From the NCBI GenBank assembly GCA_016180575.1, contig JACPAY010000005.1:3234-67233 (forward strand): a DNA stretch of 64,000 nt, in the 5' to 3' direction. The position numbers and the translations under genes were made by a program. The notes beneath the pieces were generated by a model. It was not told the DNA's origin, did no database searches, and saw only the letters and a list, made by a program, of their open reading frames with translations. Every line of letters begins with the position of its first letter. Position 1 is the first letter of the stretch. This DNA comes from Candidatus Omnitrophota bacterium. GTDB lineage: Bacteria; Omnitrophota; Gorgyraeia; Aquiviventales; Aquiviventaceae. Positions 16,972-26,079 of the stretch are shown here, piece after piece.

Positions 16972-18211
16972 GAACGCCACGGCGACCCTGGCCGCCTACG
17001 AGCCCATCGCCGGCAAGAGCGTCGTCGACGAGCTGCGCCAGCTCGCCGGCCGGCTCGCCGGCAAGCGGATCCTCATGGTCAACTCGACCCGGAAAGGAGG
17101 CGGGGTGGCGGAGATCCTCATCCGCATGGTCCCCCTGCTGGCCGAGCTGGGGCTGGAGGTCCGCTGGGAGGTGGTCGAGGGGTCAGAGCCGTACTACAAG
17201 GTGACCAAGAAGTTCCACAACGCGCTCCACGGGGCCGCGGAGCTCTTCACCCAGGAGATGTTCGACCTCTTCCTGGAGGTCGGACGAGCCAACGCCAAGC
17301 GGATCCCGCTGGAGGCCGATTTCGTGTTCATCCACGACCCCCAGCCCCTGCCGCTGGTGGAGATGCGGAAGCGGCACCCCTCCTCCCGCTGGGTGTGGCG
17401 GTGCCACATCGACGTCTCCCGCCCCAACCAGGCGGTGTGGCGGTTCCTCCAGCCCTTCATCCTGCAGTTCGACGCGGCGATCTATTCCACCCCCGCGTTC
17501 GCCCAGCCGCTCAAGATGCGGCAGGTGCTCATCCCCCCCTCCATCGATCCGCTGAGCGACAAGAACCGGGACCTGCCGCAGGAGGAGATCGACGCGGTCA
17601 TGCGGCGCCTCGAGATCCCGCGGGACCGGCCGATCGTCACGCAGGTCTCGCGGTTCGACCGCCTGAAGGATCCGGTGGGCGTCATCGAGGCCTTCAAGCG
17701 CGTCCGCCGCTCGGTCAAGTGCCGCCTGGTGCTCGCCGGGGGGCCAGCCACCGACGACCCGGAGGCCGAGGAGGTGCTGGGGCTCGTGCGGGAGCAGGCG
17801 AAGGGCAACCCGGAGATCCACCTCCTGATGCTGCCGCCGGACAGCAACATCGAGATCAACGCGCTCCAGCGCGCCTCCGCGGTCGTCGTGCAGAAGTCGC
17901 TGCGCGAGGGGTTCGGCCTCACCGTGTCGGAGGCGCTCTGGAAGGGCCGCCCGGTCGTCGCCTCGGCGGTGGGCGGCATCCCCCTGCAGGTGAAGCACCA
18001 TCACAGCGGCCTCCTCGTGCACAGCGTCGAAGGGGCCGCCTACGCCATCCGGCAGCTGCTGGGCAACCCGGCGTACGCGCAGCGGCTCGGCGAGAACGGC
18101 CGGGAGCACGTCCGGGAGAACTTCCTGCTCACCCGCCACCTCGTGGACTACCTCCTGACGTGCCTCACCACGCAGTACGCGGATGAGACGATCTTCCTCG
18201 ACGGCAGCTGA
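16964..18211 (+). CDS. treT: GT4 glycosyltransferase, TreT-like trehalose synthase
   Basis: VNSTRKGGGVAEIL N-terminal motif and C-terminal EGFGLTVSEALWKG GT4 motif. Confidence 0.65.
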   Translation: MPENATATLAAYEPIAGKSVVDELRQLAGRLAGKRILMVNSTRKGGGVAEILIRMVPLLAELGLEVRWEVVEGSEPYYKVTKKFHNALHGAAELFTQEMFDLFLEVGRANAKRIPLEADFVFIHDPQPLPLVEMRKRHPSSRWVWRCHIDVSRPNQAVWRFLQPFILQFDAAIYSTPAFAQPLKMRQVLIPPSIDPLSDKNRDLPQEEIDAVMRRLEIPRDRPIVTQVSRFDRLKDPVGVIEAFKRVRRSVKCRLVLAGGPATDDPEAEEVLGLVREQAKGNPEIHLLMLPPDSNIEINALQRASAVVVQKSLREGFGLTVSEALWKGRPVVASAVGGIPLQVKHHHSGLLVHSVEGAAYAIRQLLGNPAYAQRLGENGREHVRENFLLTRHLVDYLLTCLTTQYADETIFLDGS

Positions 18212-18217
18212 GCGCCC

Positions 18218-18823
18218 ATGATGCATCAGCTCGTGCTCTTCGATCTGGGCGGGGTCGTGTTCGAAGTGGAGTCGGATCGGCTCGTCCATCAGGTGGCTCA
18301 GGGGCTCGGCCGCCCGTTTGAGGAGGTCCAGGAGGCGGTGTACCATCCGGAGCTGTTGCTTCCCTTCGAGCTGGGGCGGATCACCGCGACGGCGTACTAC
18401 GAGGGGCTCAAGAAGCGCCTTGCGCTGCGCTGGACGTACGAGCAGTTCGCCCGAGCCTGGACCGGCATCTTCACGGAGAACACCGACGTGACCGCCCTCA
18501 TGCAGCAGCTGCGCAAGCGCCACCGGCTGATGGCGCTCACCAACACCAACACCCTGCACCTGGACTATATCAAGGCGTCGTTCCCCTCGCTGGCCGTCCT
18601 GGAGGCATGGGTGGCGTCCTGCGACGTCGGGCTGCGCAAGCCGGACCCGCAGTTCTACCGGCTGGCGCTCGAGCGGGCCGGGGTCCGGCCGTCCGAGGCG
18701 GTGTACGTCGACGACCGTCCGGAGATGGTGGAGGCGGGGCGGGCCGTCGGCCTCACCGCGGTCCGCTTCCAGAACGGCAAGCAGCTGGCCGAAGATTTCC
18801 TGGCCATCGGGCTCGCCCTATGA
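18218..18823 (+). CDS. HAD-IA family hydrolase
   Basis: LFDLGGVV motif I, LTNTN motif II and YVDD motif IV. Confidence 0.8.
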   Translation: MMHQLVLFDLGGVVFEVESDRLVHQVAQGLGRPFEEVQEAVYHPELLLPFELGRITATAYYEGLKKRLALRWTYEQFARAWTGIFTENTDVTALMQQLRKRHRLMALTNTNTLHLDYIKASFPSLAVLEAWVASCDVGLRKPDPQFYRLALERAGVRPSEAVYVDDRPEMVEAGRAVGLTAVRFQNGKQLAEDFLAIGLAL

Positions 18824-19116
18824 CGGCCGAGCGGACCAGTGTCCCGTATCAGAAGATCGTCTTCGTGTGCGTCAACCGGCGCGAGCCGCACGAGACGTGC
18901 TGCGCGCACCGGGAGAGCGAGGCCATCGCGGCGGCGCTGAAGGCGCGGGTGAAGGCGCTGGGGCTCTCGCGCGCCATCCGCGTGAGCAAGTCCGGCTGCC
19001 AGGACCTGTGCGCCAAGGGGCCGAACGTGATGGTCTTTCCGGATTACGTGTGGTACCACGGCGTGGCGCCCGGGGACGTCGAGCGCATCATTGAAGACGT
19101 CGTGCGAAGGCCTTGA
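18820..19116 (+). CDS. Thioredoxin-like [2Fe-2S] ferredoxin
   Basis: VFVCVN..C..., SGCQDLCAKGPNVMVFP pattern. ATGA overlap with the HAD gene. Confidence 0.6.
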   Translation: MTAERTSVPYQKIVFVCVNRREPHETCCAHRESEAIAAALKARVKALGLSRAIRVSKSGCQDLCAKGPNVMVFPDYVWYHGVAPGDVERIIEDVVRRP

Positions 19117-20746
19117 GCCCCTCGACGAGGACGAGCACCGCCAGCACGAGCAGGAGGCACGCGACGAGGGCGATCCCATCCAGCGCCGGCCGGCCGCTGA
19201 GCAGGCCCGCCGCCCACGGCCGGATGGTCAGGGCGAGCGACCAGAACGTCATCGTCAGCATGAACGCCGCCGGCAGCGCGCTCACCAGCCAGGGCCGGCG
19301 CGTGCGCTTCAGCCACACCGTGATCGTCACCAGGGTCAGCGCCGCCAACAGTTGGTTTGACGTCCCGAACAGCGTCCAGAACACCTTCCAGGCCGGCACG
19401 ATGTTCCCCATCGGGTCCCGCACCGTCCAGCTCACGCTCAGCGCCGGCAGCGCCAGGGTCGCGAGCGTCGCGCCGATGCCGCCCCAGCGCCCCTTCCAGC
19501 CGGTCAGCTCCTGGAAGACGTAGCGCCCCAGGCGCGTCGCCACGTCCAGCGTGTCGTAGATGAACGTGGCGAAGGCGAGCAGGGCGAACCCGCGCGCGAA
19601 CTCCCGGTTGATGCCGAACTGCTCCACGAAGTGGCTCAGGCCGCTCGCGTAGATCCGGTCGGGCGACTGCTGGGTCGCGACATCATTCGGCATGAGCAGC
19701 ATGACGGTGGATAAGGCCACCACCGCCACCAGCCCCTCCAGCAGCATTCCCCCGTAGCCCACCAGGCGGCAGTCCGGCTCCCGCGCGATCTGCTTGGACG
19801 TCGTGCCGGAGCTGACGATCCCATGGAACCCCGAGCAGGCCCCGCAGGCCACCGTCACGAAGAGGAGCGGGAAGAGCGGGAAGCCCCGCTGGCTCGTCCA
19901 GCCGAGGAACGCCGGGTACTGGATGCGGTCGCCTCCCACCAGGACCCCGACGACGCCGGCCGCGAGCGTGAGGTAGAGGAAGAACCCGCCCAGGTACCCG
20001 CGCGGCTGCAGCAGGAGCCACAGCGGGATGATCGAGGCGATGAAGCAGTAGGCGAGGATCACGCCGTTCCAGACAAGCTGCGGACGGACCGCCCAGGTAC
20101 TCGGGATGGCGAGCGGGATCGATTGGCCGACCCAGACGATCAGGCCCACGAGCGGCAGGAAGATGGCCGTCGCCAGTCCGAGCGGCATGCGCCAGCGGTA
20201 CAGGCACAGCCCCATCGCGCCGGCGGCGAACAGGTAGAGCGTGGAGGAAGCGGCGATGCCGCCGCCGTAGGCCGGCTCGACGAACGAGTGGCTCGTGAGG
20301 TCCGTGAAGGCGATGATGACGTAGATGAGCGACAGCCACACGAACCCCATGAAGAGCAGGTGCGCCCTGGGCCCGAGGTGCTCGTGGACGAGCTCGACGA
20401 TCGAGCGCGCGCCGTGCCGCACCGAGCTGACGAGGCTGGCGAAATCGTGCACCGCGCCGAAGAAGATGGCGCCGAAGACGATCCACAGCAAGGCGGGCAG
20501 CCAGCCGAACCACAGCGCCCCGAGGACCGGCCCGACGATGGGGCCGGCGGCCGCGATGGCGGAGAAGTGCTGGCCGAGGAGGAACGGCGCCTTGGCCGGG
20601 ACGTAGTCCACGCCGTCGTTGAGCGTGCAGGCCGGGGTCGCCCGATCGGGGGCGAGGTCGAGCCAGCGCGCGAGCAGCCGGCCGTAAACGGCGTAGGCCG
20701 CCAGGAACAGCGCGCACGCGGCGGCCGCGACCGCGAACAAGCTCAT
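19088..20746 (-). CDS. cstA: Carbon starvation protein CstA
   Basis: GQHFSAIAAAGPIVGPV, CGACSGFHGIVSSGTTSKQ and FGTSNQLLAA motifs. The 3' end overlaps the convergent ferredoxin gene by 29 nt. Confidence 0.85.
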   Translation of the reverse strand: MSLFAVAAAACALFLAAYAVYGRLLARWLDLAPDRATPACTLNDGVDYVPAKAPFLLGQHFSAIAAAGPIVGPVLGALWFGWLPALLWIVFGAIFFGAVHDFASLVSSVRHGARSIVELVHEHLGPRAHLLFMGFVWLSLIYVIIAFTDLTSHSFVEPAYGGGIAASSTLYLFAAGAMGLCLYRWRMPLGLATAIFLPLVGLIVWVGQSIPLAIPSTWAVRPQLVWNGVILAYCFIASIIPLWLLLQPRGYLGGFFLYLTLAAGVVGVLVGGDRIQYPAFLGWTSQRGFPLFPLLFVTVACGACSGFHGIVSSGTTSKQIAREPDCRLVGYGGMLLEGLVAVVALSTVMLLMPNDVATQQSPDRIYASGLSHFVEQFGINREFARGFALLAFATFIYDTLDVATRLGRYVFQELTGWKGRWGGIGATLATLALPALSVSWTVRDPMGNIVPAWKVFWTLFGTSNQLLAALTLVTITVWLKRTRRPWLVSALPAAFMLTMTFWSLALTIRPWAAGLLSGRPALDGIALVACLLLVLAVLVLVEGLKAFARRLQ

Positions 20747-22065
20747 CGGGGGCGGCCCTCGCGCTCCGAGAGCCAATAGAGCGGCAGGCCGACGGCGAGC
20801 AGCACGAACCCGAACGCGGCGTCGGCAGGCTGCTTGATGCAGACATCCGCGATGAACCCGGCGATGACGAGGCAGAACACCAGCGGCGTCCAGGGGTAGC
20901 CCCAGGCGCGGTATGGCCGGGGCGCTTTCGGCCGCAGGCGCCGCAGGCGCACGACGCCGAAGACCGCCAGGATGAAGAAGACCGAGATGACGACGGTGGA
21001 GTAGGTCATGATCTGCTCGAACGTCTTGGTGAAGACCAGGCCCACCGCGATGGCCGCGTTCGCCCACAGCGCCGTCGCCGGCGTGTGAAAGCCGGGGTGC
21101 ACGGTGCCGAGGCGCCCGAAGAGCGCGTGGTCCTTGCCCAGGGCGTAGAGGATGCGGCCGCCGGTGAGGATGTAGCCGTTGAGCGCCCCGAACGCGGAGC
21201 AGGCGATCATGCCGGCGATGAACGCCGCCCCCGCCCCGCCCCACAGCCGCTCCATCACGCTGGCGGCGACCAGCGGCGTGCGCACCAGCTCGTCCATCGG
21301 GATGGCGAGGAGGTAGCTCGCGTTCACCAGCAGGTAGAGCACGGTGACGCCCGCGACCCCCAGGATGATGGCCCGCGGCACGTTGCGGGTGGGCTGCCTC
21401 ACCTCCTCGGCGACGTAGGCCGCCTCCGTCCACCCGCCGTAGGTCCACAGCACGAAGACGAATGCCACGCCGAGCGACTGGAGCACCGGCACGTCAAGCC
21501 GCGGCATGGTCCAGTCCAGCGCCACCGCCTGCCGCGAGGCCAGAATGGTGAGGCCCGCCGCGACCAGCGAAACGAGCGCGCCGATCTTCAGGACGGTGAA
21601 GACGTTCTGCACGTACTTGCCCCACCGGACCCCGACGACGTTCACCGCGGTGAGCAGCAGGATGGCCCCTGCCGCCACCCATCGCAGCGCCCCGTTCCCG
21701 TAGGGGAGGAGGCGGCCGCCGTACTCGGCGAAGACGAACCCGAGGATCGCGATGGTGCCGGTGCGCTCGATGAACAGCTTCGTCCAGCCGAACAGGAACC
21801 CCCAGAACCTGCCGTAGACTTCGCGGATGTAGACGTAGTCGCCGCCGCTGGCCGGGAACATGGCGGCGAGCTCCGCGTAGCAGAGCGCGCCGCACAGCGA
21901 CACGACGCCCCCCACGAGCCACAGCAAGAGGAAGAGGGCGGGGGAAGGGACGTGGCCGGCGATGGCGCTGGCGGTCCGGAAGATCCCCACCCCCACGATG
22001 CAGCCCACCACGAGCATCGAGGCGTCGAACAGCCCGAGCGACCGAACTAACGCAGGTTTGTTCAT
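20743..22065 (-). CDS. APC-family amino acid permease
   Basis: 12-TM pattern with CYAELAAMFPASGGDYVY. ATGA overlap with cstA. Confidence 0.85.
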   Translation of the reverse strand: MNKPALVRSLGLFDASMLVVGCIVGVGIFRTASAIAGHVPSPALFLLLWLVGGVVSLCGALCYAELAAMFPASGGDYVYIREVYGRFWGFLFGWTKLFIERTGTIAILGFVFAEYGGRLLPYGNGALRWVAAGAILLLTAVNVVGVRWGKYVQNVFTVLKIGALVSLVAAGLTILASRQAVALDWTMPRLDVPVLQSLGVAFVFVLWTYGGWTEAAYVAEEVRQPTRNVPRAIILGVAGVTVLYLLVNASYLLAIPMDELVRTPLVAASVMERLWGGAGAAFIAGMIACSAFGALNGYILTGGRILYALGKDHALFGRLGTVHPGFHTPATALWANAAIAVGLVFTKTFEQIMTYSTVVISVFFILAVFGVVRLRRLRPKAPRPYRAWGYPWTPLVFCLVIAGFIADVCIKQPADAAFGFVLLAVGLPLYWLSEREGRPR

Positions 22066-22070
22066 CCGGG

Positions 22071-22131
22071 GCCACAACGTCACAGGGTCACACGTCACAT
22101 GCGACCTTGTGACATGTGACTCTGTGACACC
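22071..22131. repeat. Family D copy D2
   Basis: gccacaacgtcacagggtcacacgtcacatgcgaccttgtgacatgtgactctgtgacacc, between vanY-like and the permease gene. Confidence 0.8.
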
Positions 22132-22132
22132 A

Positions 22133-22960
22133 TCACTCTTTCTCTCCCTCGAAGTGCCAATGCCAGGGCTCAAACGCCGTCCCGTGAGGGTTGCCGCGCG
22201 GGTAGGAGAGGGCGAAGCCGAACCGGGCCGCGTGCTCCTCGAGCCAGCGGTACTCGGGCAGCGCCTCGAACTCCTCGGGGTGGTCCTCGCCGTTGATGCC
22301 CGCCTCGTTGATGAAGTCAACGGCCTGCCGCGGGGGGTAGCCGTGCTCGCTGTGCCCGGGGAGCGCCACGAACCGGTTCGTCTCGGTGATGGAGTCGCCG
22401 TGCTTGGGCAGGTAGAAGAGGAAGAGGTAGAGCTGGTAGGCCGGGGAGCGGTAGCCGGACTCCACCCGCAGCCGCGTGCCAAGGTCGGCTTCCATGGCAT
22501 CCATCATCCGCTGGTAGGCCGACAGGGCCTCGCGCGGCAGGTACTGGGGATCGAGCGGCTTCGCGACGCCTTCCTTCACGATCTCCTGGGGCCCGACCGG
22601 AACGAGATCCGGCGGGGCGGACGGCTCGCCGAAGAAGTGGGCGGTCGCGCCAAGCGAAGCGGCTTTCAGGGCGCGGAACGCGTCCAGGAACGCCCGCTGC
22701 GGGGGCGAGAGCGGCTCATAGAGCTCCTCCCACGTCAGGAGGGCCGCCGTGCCCCCGCGCTGCTTGGCGGTGAGGGAGGGCTCAAGCGCCTGGAGGATGG
22801 CGTGGAGTGCCGCGGCATCATCCGGCGACAGCCGCCCGACGTCCACCGCCGAGGCGGGGAGGGGACACAACAACCAGGCGGCAGCCGCCGCGATGGCGAG
22901 CCGCCGCCTGGTTGAGGTGGACCCCGCCCCTCCAGGGGGCGGGGTAAATCGTCCAGACAC
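22133..22960 (-). CDS. Peptidase M15B/VanY-like D-alanyl-D-alanine carboxypeptidase
   Basis: SGYRSPAYQ, GHSEH and EPWHWHF motifs. GTG start chosen 2 nt after the upstream stop; signal peptide present. Confidence 0.7.
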   Translation of the reverse strand: MSGRFTPPPGGAGSTSTRRRLAIAAAAAWLLCPLPASAVDVGRLSPDDAAALHAILQALEPSLTAKQRGGTAALLTWEELYEPLSPPQRAFLDAFRALKAASLGATAHFFGEPSAPPDLVPVGPQEIVKEGVAKPLDPQYLPREALSAYQRMMDAMEADLGTRLRVESGYRSPAYQLYLFLFYLPKHGDSITETNRFVALPGHSEHGYPPRQAVDFINEAGINGEDHPEEFEALPEYRWLEEHAARFGFALSYPRGNPHGTAFEPWHWHFEGEKE

Positions 22961-22962
22961 CG

Positions 22963-23652
22963 CTACCGCTTGCGTGACTGGAGTTGCTCGATGAGGTCGG
23001 ACACCCAGCGTCCGGCGATGTCCTTGCACCCCAAGCCGAACGCAAGGCCCACGCCCAAGCTGATGCCCGCCAAGATGATCAGGAACACGTCGCCGAAGAA
23101 CGGGACCTGAAGCTGCTGGAGGGCAGCCACGACGGCGAAGATGATCACCACCGCCTGCACCGCTTGGCCAAGGACGTGCGCCTGCACGATGCCGGCGTTG
23201 CTGGTCGCCGTCCGCACGGTCGCCGAAAGGAACGCCGAGGCGAACGCGCCGACGATCAGGATGAACACCGCGGCGACGACGTTGGGCAAGAACCCGACGA
23301 TCTGCTGGAAGAGCTCCGCAGCCACCGTCAGGTTCAAGGCGTTGAGCGACGTCATCACGACCGCCAACATGACGATCCAGTAAATGATGGCCCCAATCAG
23401 CTCCGAGGTCTTCCGCCGGATCCCTCCCTTGGAGAGGAGCGTGGCGAACCCGATCTGATCCGCGAACTTGTCGAGGGTCACCACCTTGAGCGCTCTGTTG
23501 ATCACCTGCTCGATGCCTTTGGCGATCAGCCAACCGACAAGGAGAATAGCGAGGGCGGGGAAGATGCTGGGGACGAACGAGGCGAGCTGATTGATGGCCG
23601 TCTGCAGAGGCGTGATCACGAGTTGCTGAACGAGATCCCGACCGGTCTCCAT
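22963..23652 (-). CDS. Conserved TM-helix repeat membrane protein (mechanosensitive-channel-associated type)
   Basis: Repeated hydrophobic helices with AKGIEQVINRAL-like loops. SD AAGGAGG upstream. Confidence 0.5.
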   Translation of the reverse strand: METGRDLVQQLVITPLQTAINQLASFVPSIFPALAILLVGWLIAKGIEQVINRALKVVTLDKFADQIGFATLLSKGGIRRKTSELIGAIIYWIVMLAVVMTSLNALNLTVAAELFQQIVGFLPNVVAAVFILIVGAFASAFLSATVRTATSNAGIVQAHVLGQAVQAVVIIFAVVAALQQLQVPFFGDVFLIILAGISLGVGLAFGLGCKDIAGRWVSDLIEQLQSRKR

Positions 23653-23690
23653 CTCGTTATCACCTCCTTCTGGGTTGTCAGACCGCCAAT

Positions 23691-23719
23691 AGTCTAGGCA
23701 AACGATCCGCGCTTTGCAA
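23691..23719 (-). promoter_or_regulatory. Promoter for the TM-helix-repeat / vanY-like operon
   Basis: Minus strand reads TTGCAA - 17 nt - TAGACT, with an upstream A/T tract and a downstream AAGGAGG SD. Confidence 0.5.
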
Positions 23720-23738
23720 GCATTATTTTTAAAGCCTG

Positions 23739-24110
23739 CTACTCATACTCTTGGGCTGGCCCGTCCGGCTCCTCCGTGAAGACGTACTCGGGCTGGATGA
23801 CCGGCTGGTAGCCCGGCGGCGCCGGGAACGGGAAAGTGACCAGCTCATAGAGGCCGGCGGCGGTGCGGATGAAGCCGTAGCCGAGCCCTCGCAGCAGCCC
23901 CCAGGTGAAGCCGGCCATCGCGCCGTCGAGCTGGGTCGTCTCGTGCATCCGCTTGGGCACTTCGACCCAGCCGGTGACGGTGTTGACCGCGCCCCGGGTC
24001 AGCTTGGCGACCGCCCCTCCGGCCTCCATCGGATCGGCGGAGACTTGAGGCGCGCCGGCCAGCAGGATGAGCGCTGCGAGCCATCCCTCCATCGCGGCAA
24101 GCGGCTTCAT
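23739..24110 (-). CDS. Small secreted protein, exosortase-system-associated (TIGR04073-like)
   Basis: Signal peptide, then KLTRGAVNTVTGWVEVPKRM and GLLRGLGYGFIRTAAG pattern. Confidence 0.5.
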   Translation of the reverse strand: MKPLAAMEGWLAALILLAGAPQVSADPMEAGGAVAKLTRGAVNTVTGWVEVPKRMHETTQLDGAMAGFTWGLLRGLGYGFIRTAAGLYELVTFPFPAPPGYQPVIQPEYVFTEEPDGPAQEYE

Positions 24111-24148
24111 GGAGCACCTCCGGGTTGCCCACACTCTAGCATAAGGGC

Positions 24149-24183
24149 GTATCAGATACCAAGCCCCGTTTGGTATCTGATAC
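24149..24183. repeat. Family B inverted repeat copy B2
   Basis: gtatcagatacc aagccccgttt ggtatctgatac, in a divergent intergenic region. Confidence 0.85.
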
Positions 24184-24194
24184 AATAGGCGCCC

Positions 24195-25892
24195 ATGGAC
24201 CGGCACGAGCAGCGCGTCGTTCGCTTTCTCTCCAAGCCCTCCGCCTATCCGCATCGCGCGCCCGCCGTGGCGCGGCGGGAGACGCACGTCTCGCACGTTT
24301 TCCTGGCCGGCCCGTTCGCCTATAAGCTCAAGAAGCCGGTGAAGTTTCCGTTCCTCGATGCCTCCACGCTGGCCAGGCGCCGGCGGTTCTGCGGGCTGGA
24401 GCTCTCGCTCAACCGCCGCCTGGCGCCGGCGGTCTACCTGGGCATGGTGCCGATTGTGGAGACGCCGGCGGGGCTGCGCCTCGGTCCCTCGACTCGGCCT
24501 TCGGCCTCGCTCGGGACGTCGCCCGGACGCGACGGGGCGGGGCTCCGCGGGCACGAACGGATCATCGAGTGGGTGGTGAAGATGCGCCGCCTGCCGGAGG
24601 AGCGGATGCTGGACCAGGTGGTCGCCCGCCGGCAGCTGACCAGGGGCGACATGCTCCGCATCGCGGACCGGCTCAGCCGGTTCTTCCGGCGCGCCGCGCG
24701 GGGCCCCGCCATCGCCCGCTACGGCGCCCCGGACCAGGTGGCCGCGCTGGTCCTGGGCAACCTGGACGAGTGCCGGCCGTTCGTCGGCCGACTCTTCTCG
24801 GAGTCCGACCACCTGTTCCTCAAGGCGGCCTACCGCCAGTACCTGGCGCTCCACGAGCCGCTGCTGGCGCGGCGCGCGCGCGAGGGCCGGATCATCGATG
24901 GCCACGGCGACCTGCGGTGCGAGAACATCTGCCTGCCTGCCGCGCCGAAACGAGGAATGAAGCGTGGCGCGGCGCAGGCAGGCCTGACCAGTCCGGTCAT
25001 CTTCGACTGCGTGGAGTTTCAGCCGGCGTTCCGGTGCGGGGACATGGCCAACGATTTCAGCTTCCTCGTCATGGACCTGGAATTCCGCGGACGAGCCGAC
25101 CTGGCCGACGCCCTGGTCGCCGGGTACCGGCGCCGCCTGGGCGATGCGACCCTCGCGCAGGTCCTCCCGTTCTACAAGTGCCACCGCAGCCTCGTGCGCG
25201 GCAAGGTGCGGGCCCTGGCGTGGTCCCAGCACCCGCGCACGGCGCGGGGCCGGCGCGTGCGCGCGCTCTCCCGCCGCCACTTCCAGCTTGCGGCGCGCTA
25301 TGCACGAGCCTTCGCCCCGCCGCGGCTCGTGGCGGTCGGCGGGCTGATCGGCACCGGCAAGAGCACGCTCGCCCGCGCGCTGGCCCAGGCGCTGGGGGCC
25401 TCCTGGCTGCGCACCGACGAGATCCGGCTGCGCGAGTTCGCGCGCGCCAAGCGGCGCGGGCAGGGCTTCGCCCAAGGCCTCTACGCCCCGCACATCTCGG
25501 AGCTGGTGTACCGGCGGCTGCTCCGGCGGGCCGAGACCCTGGTGCGCGAGGGGGGCTCGGTCATCTGCGACGGGACGTTTTCGAAGGCCGCGGGGAGGGC
25601 GGCGCTGCGCGAGATCGCCAGGCGGCACGGTGGTTCGTTTCACTTCTTCGAGTGCGTGGTCCCCCGCGCGGTGGCCCTGCGCCGGGTGGCCAGGCGCTAC
25701 GCCGCGCGCGCGGATCTTTCGGAGGCGCGGCCGGAGCACTACGACCGGCTGCGGGCCGGCTTTGAGCCCCGCCCTCGGCGGGGCTGGCCGCGCCGGGACT
25801 GGACCCGGCTCTCCGACAACCGCGCGCCCCAGGCGACCGCGGCGGCCGCGCTGGCGGCGCTGCGGCGCGCATGGTCTCAATTTGGCGGGTGA
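24195..25892 (+). CDS. Bifunctional APH-like kinase domain / P-loop (AAA_33-like) ATP-binding protein
   Basis: HGDLRCENI..FDCVEF kinase motif and C-terminal GLIGTGKSTLA Walker A. Contains in-frame hairpin insert H1. The last codons and the stop come from element E1. Confidence 0.7.
   Translation: MDRHEQRVVRFLSKPSAYPHRAPAVARRETHVSHVFLAGPFAYKLKKPVKFPFLDASTLARRRRFCGLELSLNRRLAPAVYLGMVPIVETPAGLRLGPSTRPSASLGTSPGRDGAGLRGHERIIEWVVKMRRLPEERMLDQVVARRQLTRGDMLRIADRLSRFFRRAARGPAIARYGAPDQVAALVLGNLDECRPFVGRLFSESDHLFLKAAYRQYLALHEPLLARRAREGRIIDGHGDLRCENICLPAAPKRGMKRGAAQAGLTSPVIFDCVEFQPAFRCGDMANDFSFLVMDLEFRGRADLADALVAGYRRRLGDATLAQVLPFYKCHRSLVRGKVRALAWSQHPRTARGRRVRALSRRHFQLAARYARAFAPPRLVAVGGLIGTGKSTLARALAQALGASWLRTDEIRLREFARAKRRGQGFAQGLYAPHISELVYRRLLRRAETLVREGGSVICDGTFSKAAGRAALREIARRHGGSFHFFECVVPRAVALRRVARRYAARADLSEARPEHYDRLRAGFEPRPRRGWPRRDWTRLSDNRAPQATAAAALAALRRAWSQFGG
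24932..24982 (+). repeat. Family H intragenic hairpin insert H1 (51 nt, in frame)
   Basis: cctgcctgccgcgcc-16 nt-ggcgcggcgcaggcagg inside the kinase-like ORF, translated LPAAPKRGMKRGAAQAG. Confidence 0.75.
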
Positions 25893-25980
25893 CGCGGAGC
25901 CGGGGGCCCCGCCGCCCGCCCGCAGCGCAGCGAGGACGGCCGGCGGGGTGGCACAGCGGCAGGCCCCGCCAAATTGAGAC
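25874..25980 (+). mobile_element. Family E MITE-like element copy E1 (16-nt TIR GTCTCAATTTGGCGGG, GC-rich ~75-nt core)
   Basis: TIRs at 25874-25889 and 25965-25980. The left TIR encodes SQFGG plus the stop of the kinase-like gene. Confidence 0.85.
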
Positions 25981-26024
25981 AGTACCGCGCCTGGCTGGCT
26001 CGGACGTGACTCCCCGGCCAGGTG

Positions 26025-26030
26025 TATAAT
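26025..26030 (+). promoter_or_regulatory. -10 box TATAAT upstream of sodN
   Basis: ggtgtataat. About 45 nt of leader carrying the SD. Confidence 0.4.
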
Positions 26031-26079
26031 GAGGTTTGAGACGCTCAACGCCGCGTGTGCCAACCAGAAGGAGGCTGTG

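Noticed and set aside
25890-25964. Peptides encoded across E-element cores (for example GDAEPGAPPPARSAARTAGG...) as small proteins.
   Set aside because: The reading frames differ between copies, no start or SD is present, and conservation is at the nucleotide/palindrome level.
26029-26079. ATG at 26029 as the sodN start.
   Set aside because: It would start immediately after the TATAAT box and add 17 residues. ATG 26080 has an AAGGAGG SD at optimal spacing and gives a normal NiSOD pro-peptide.
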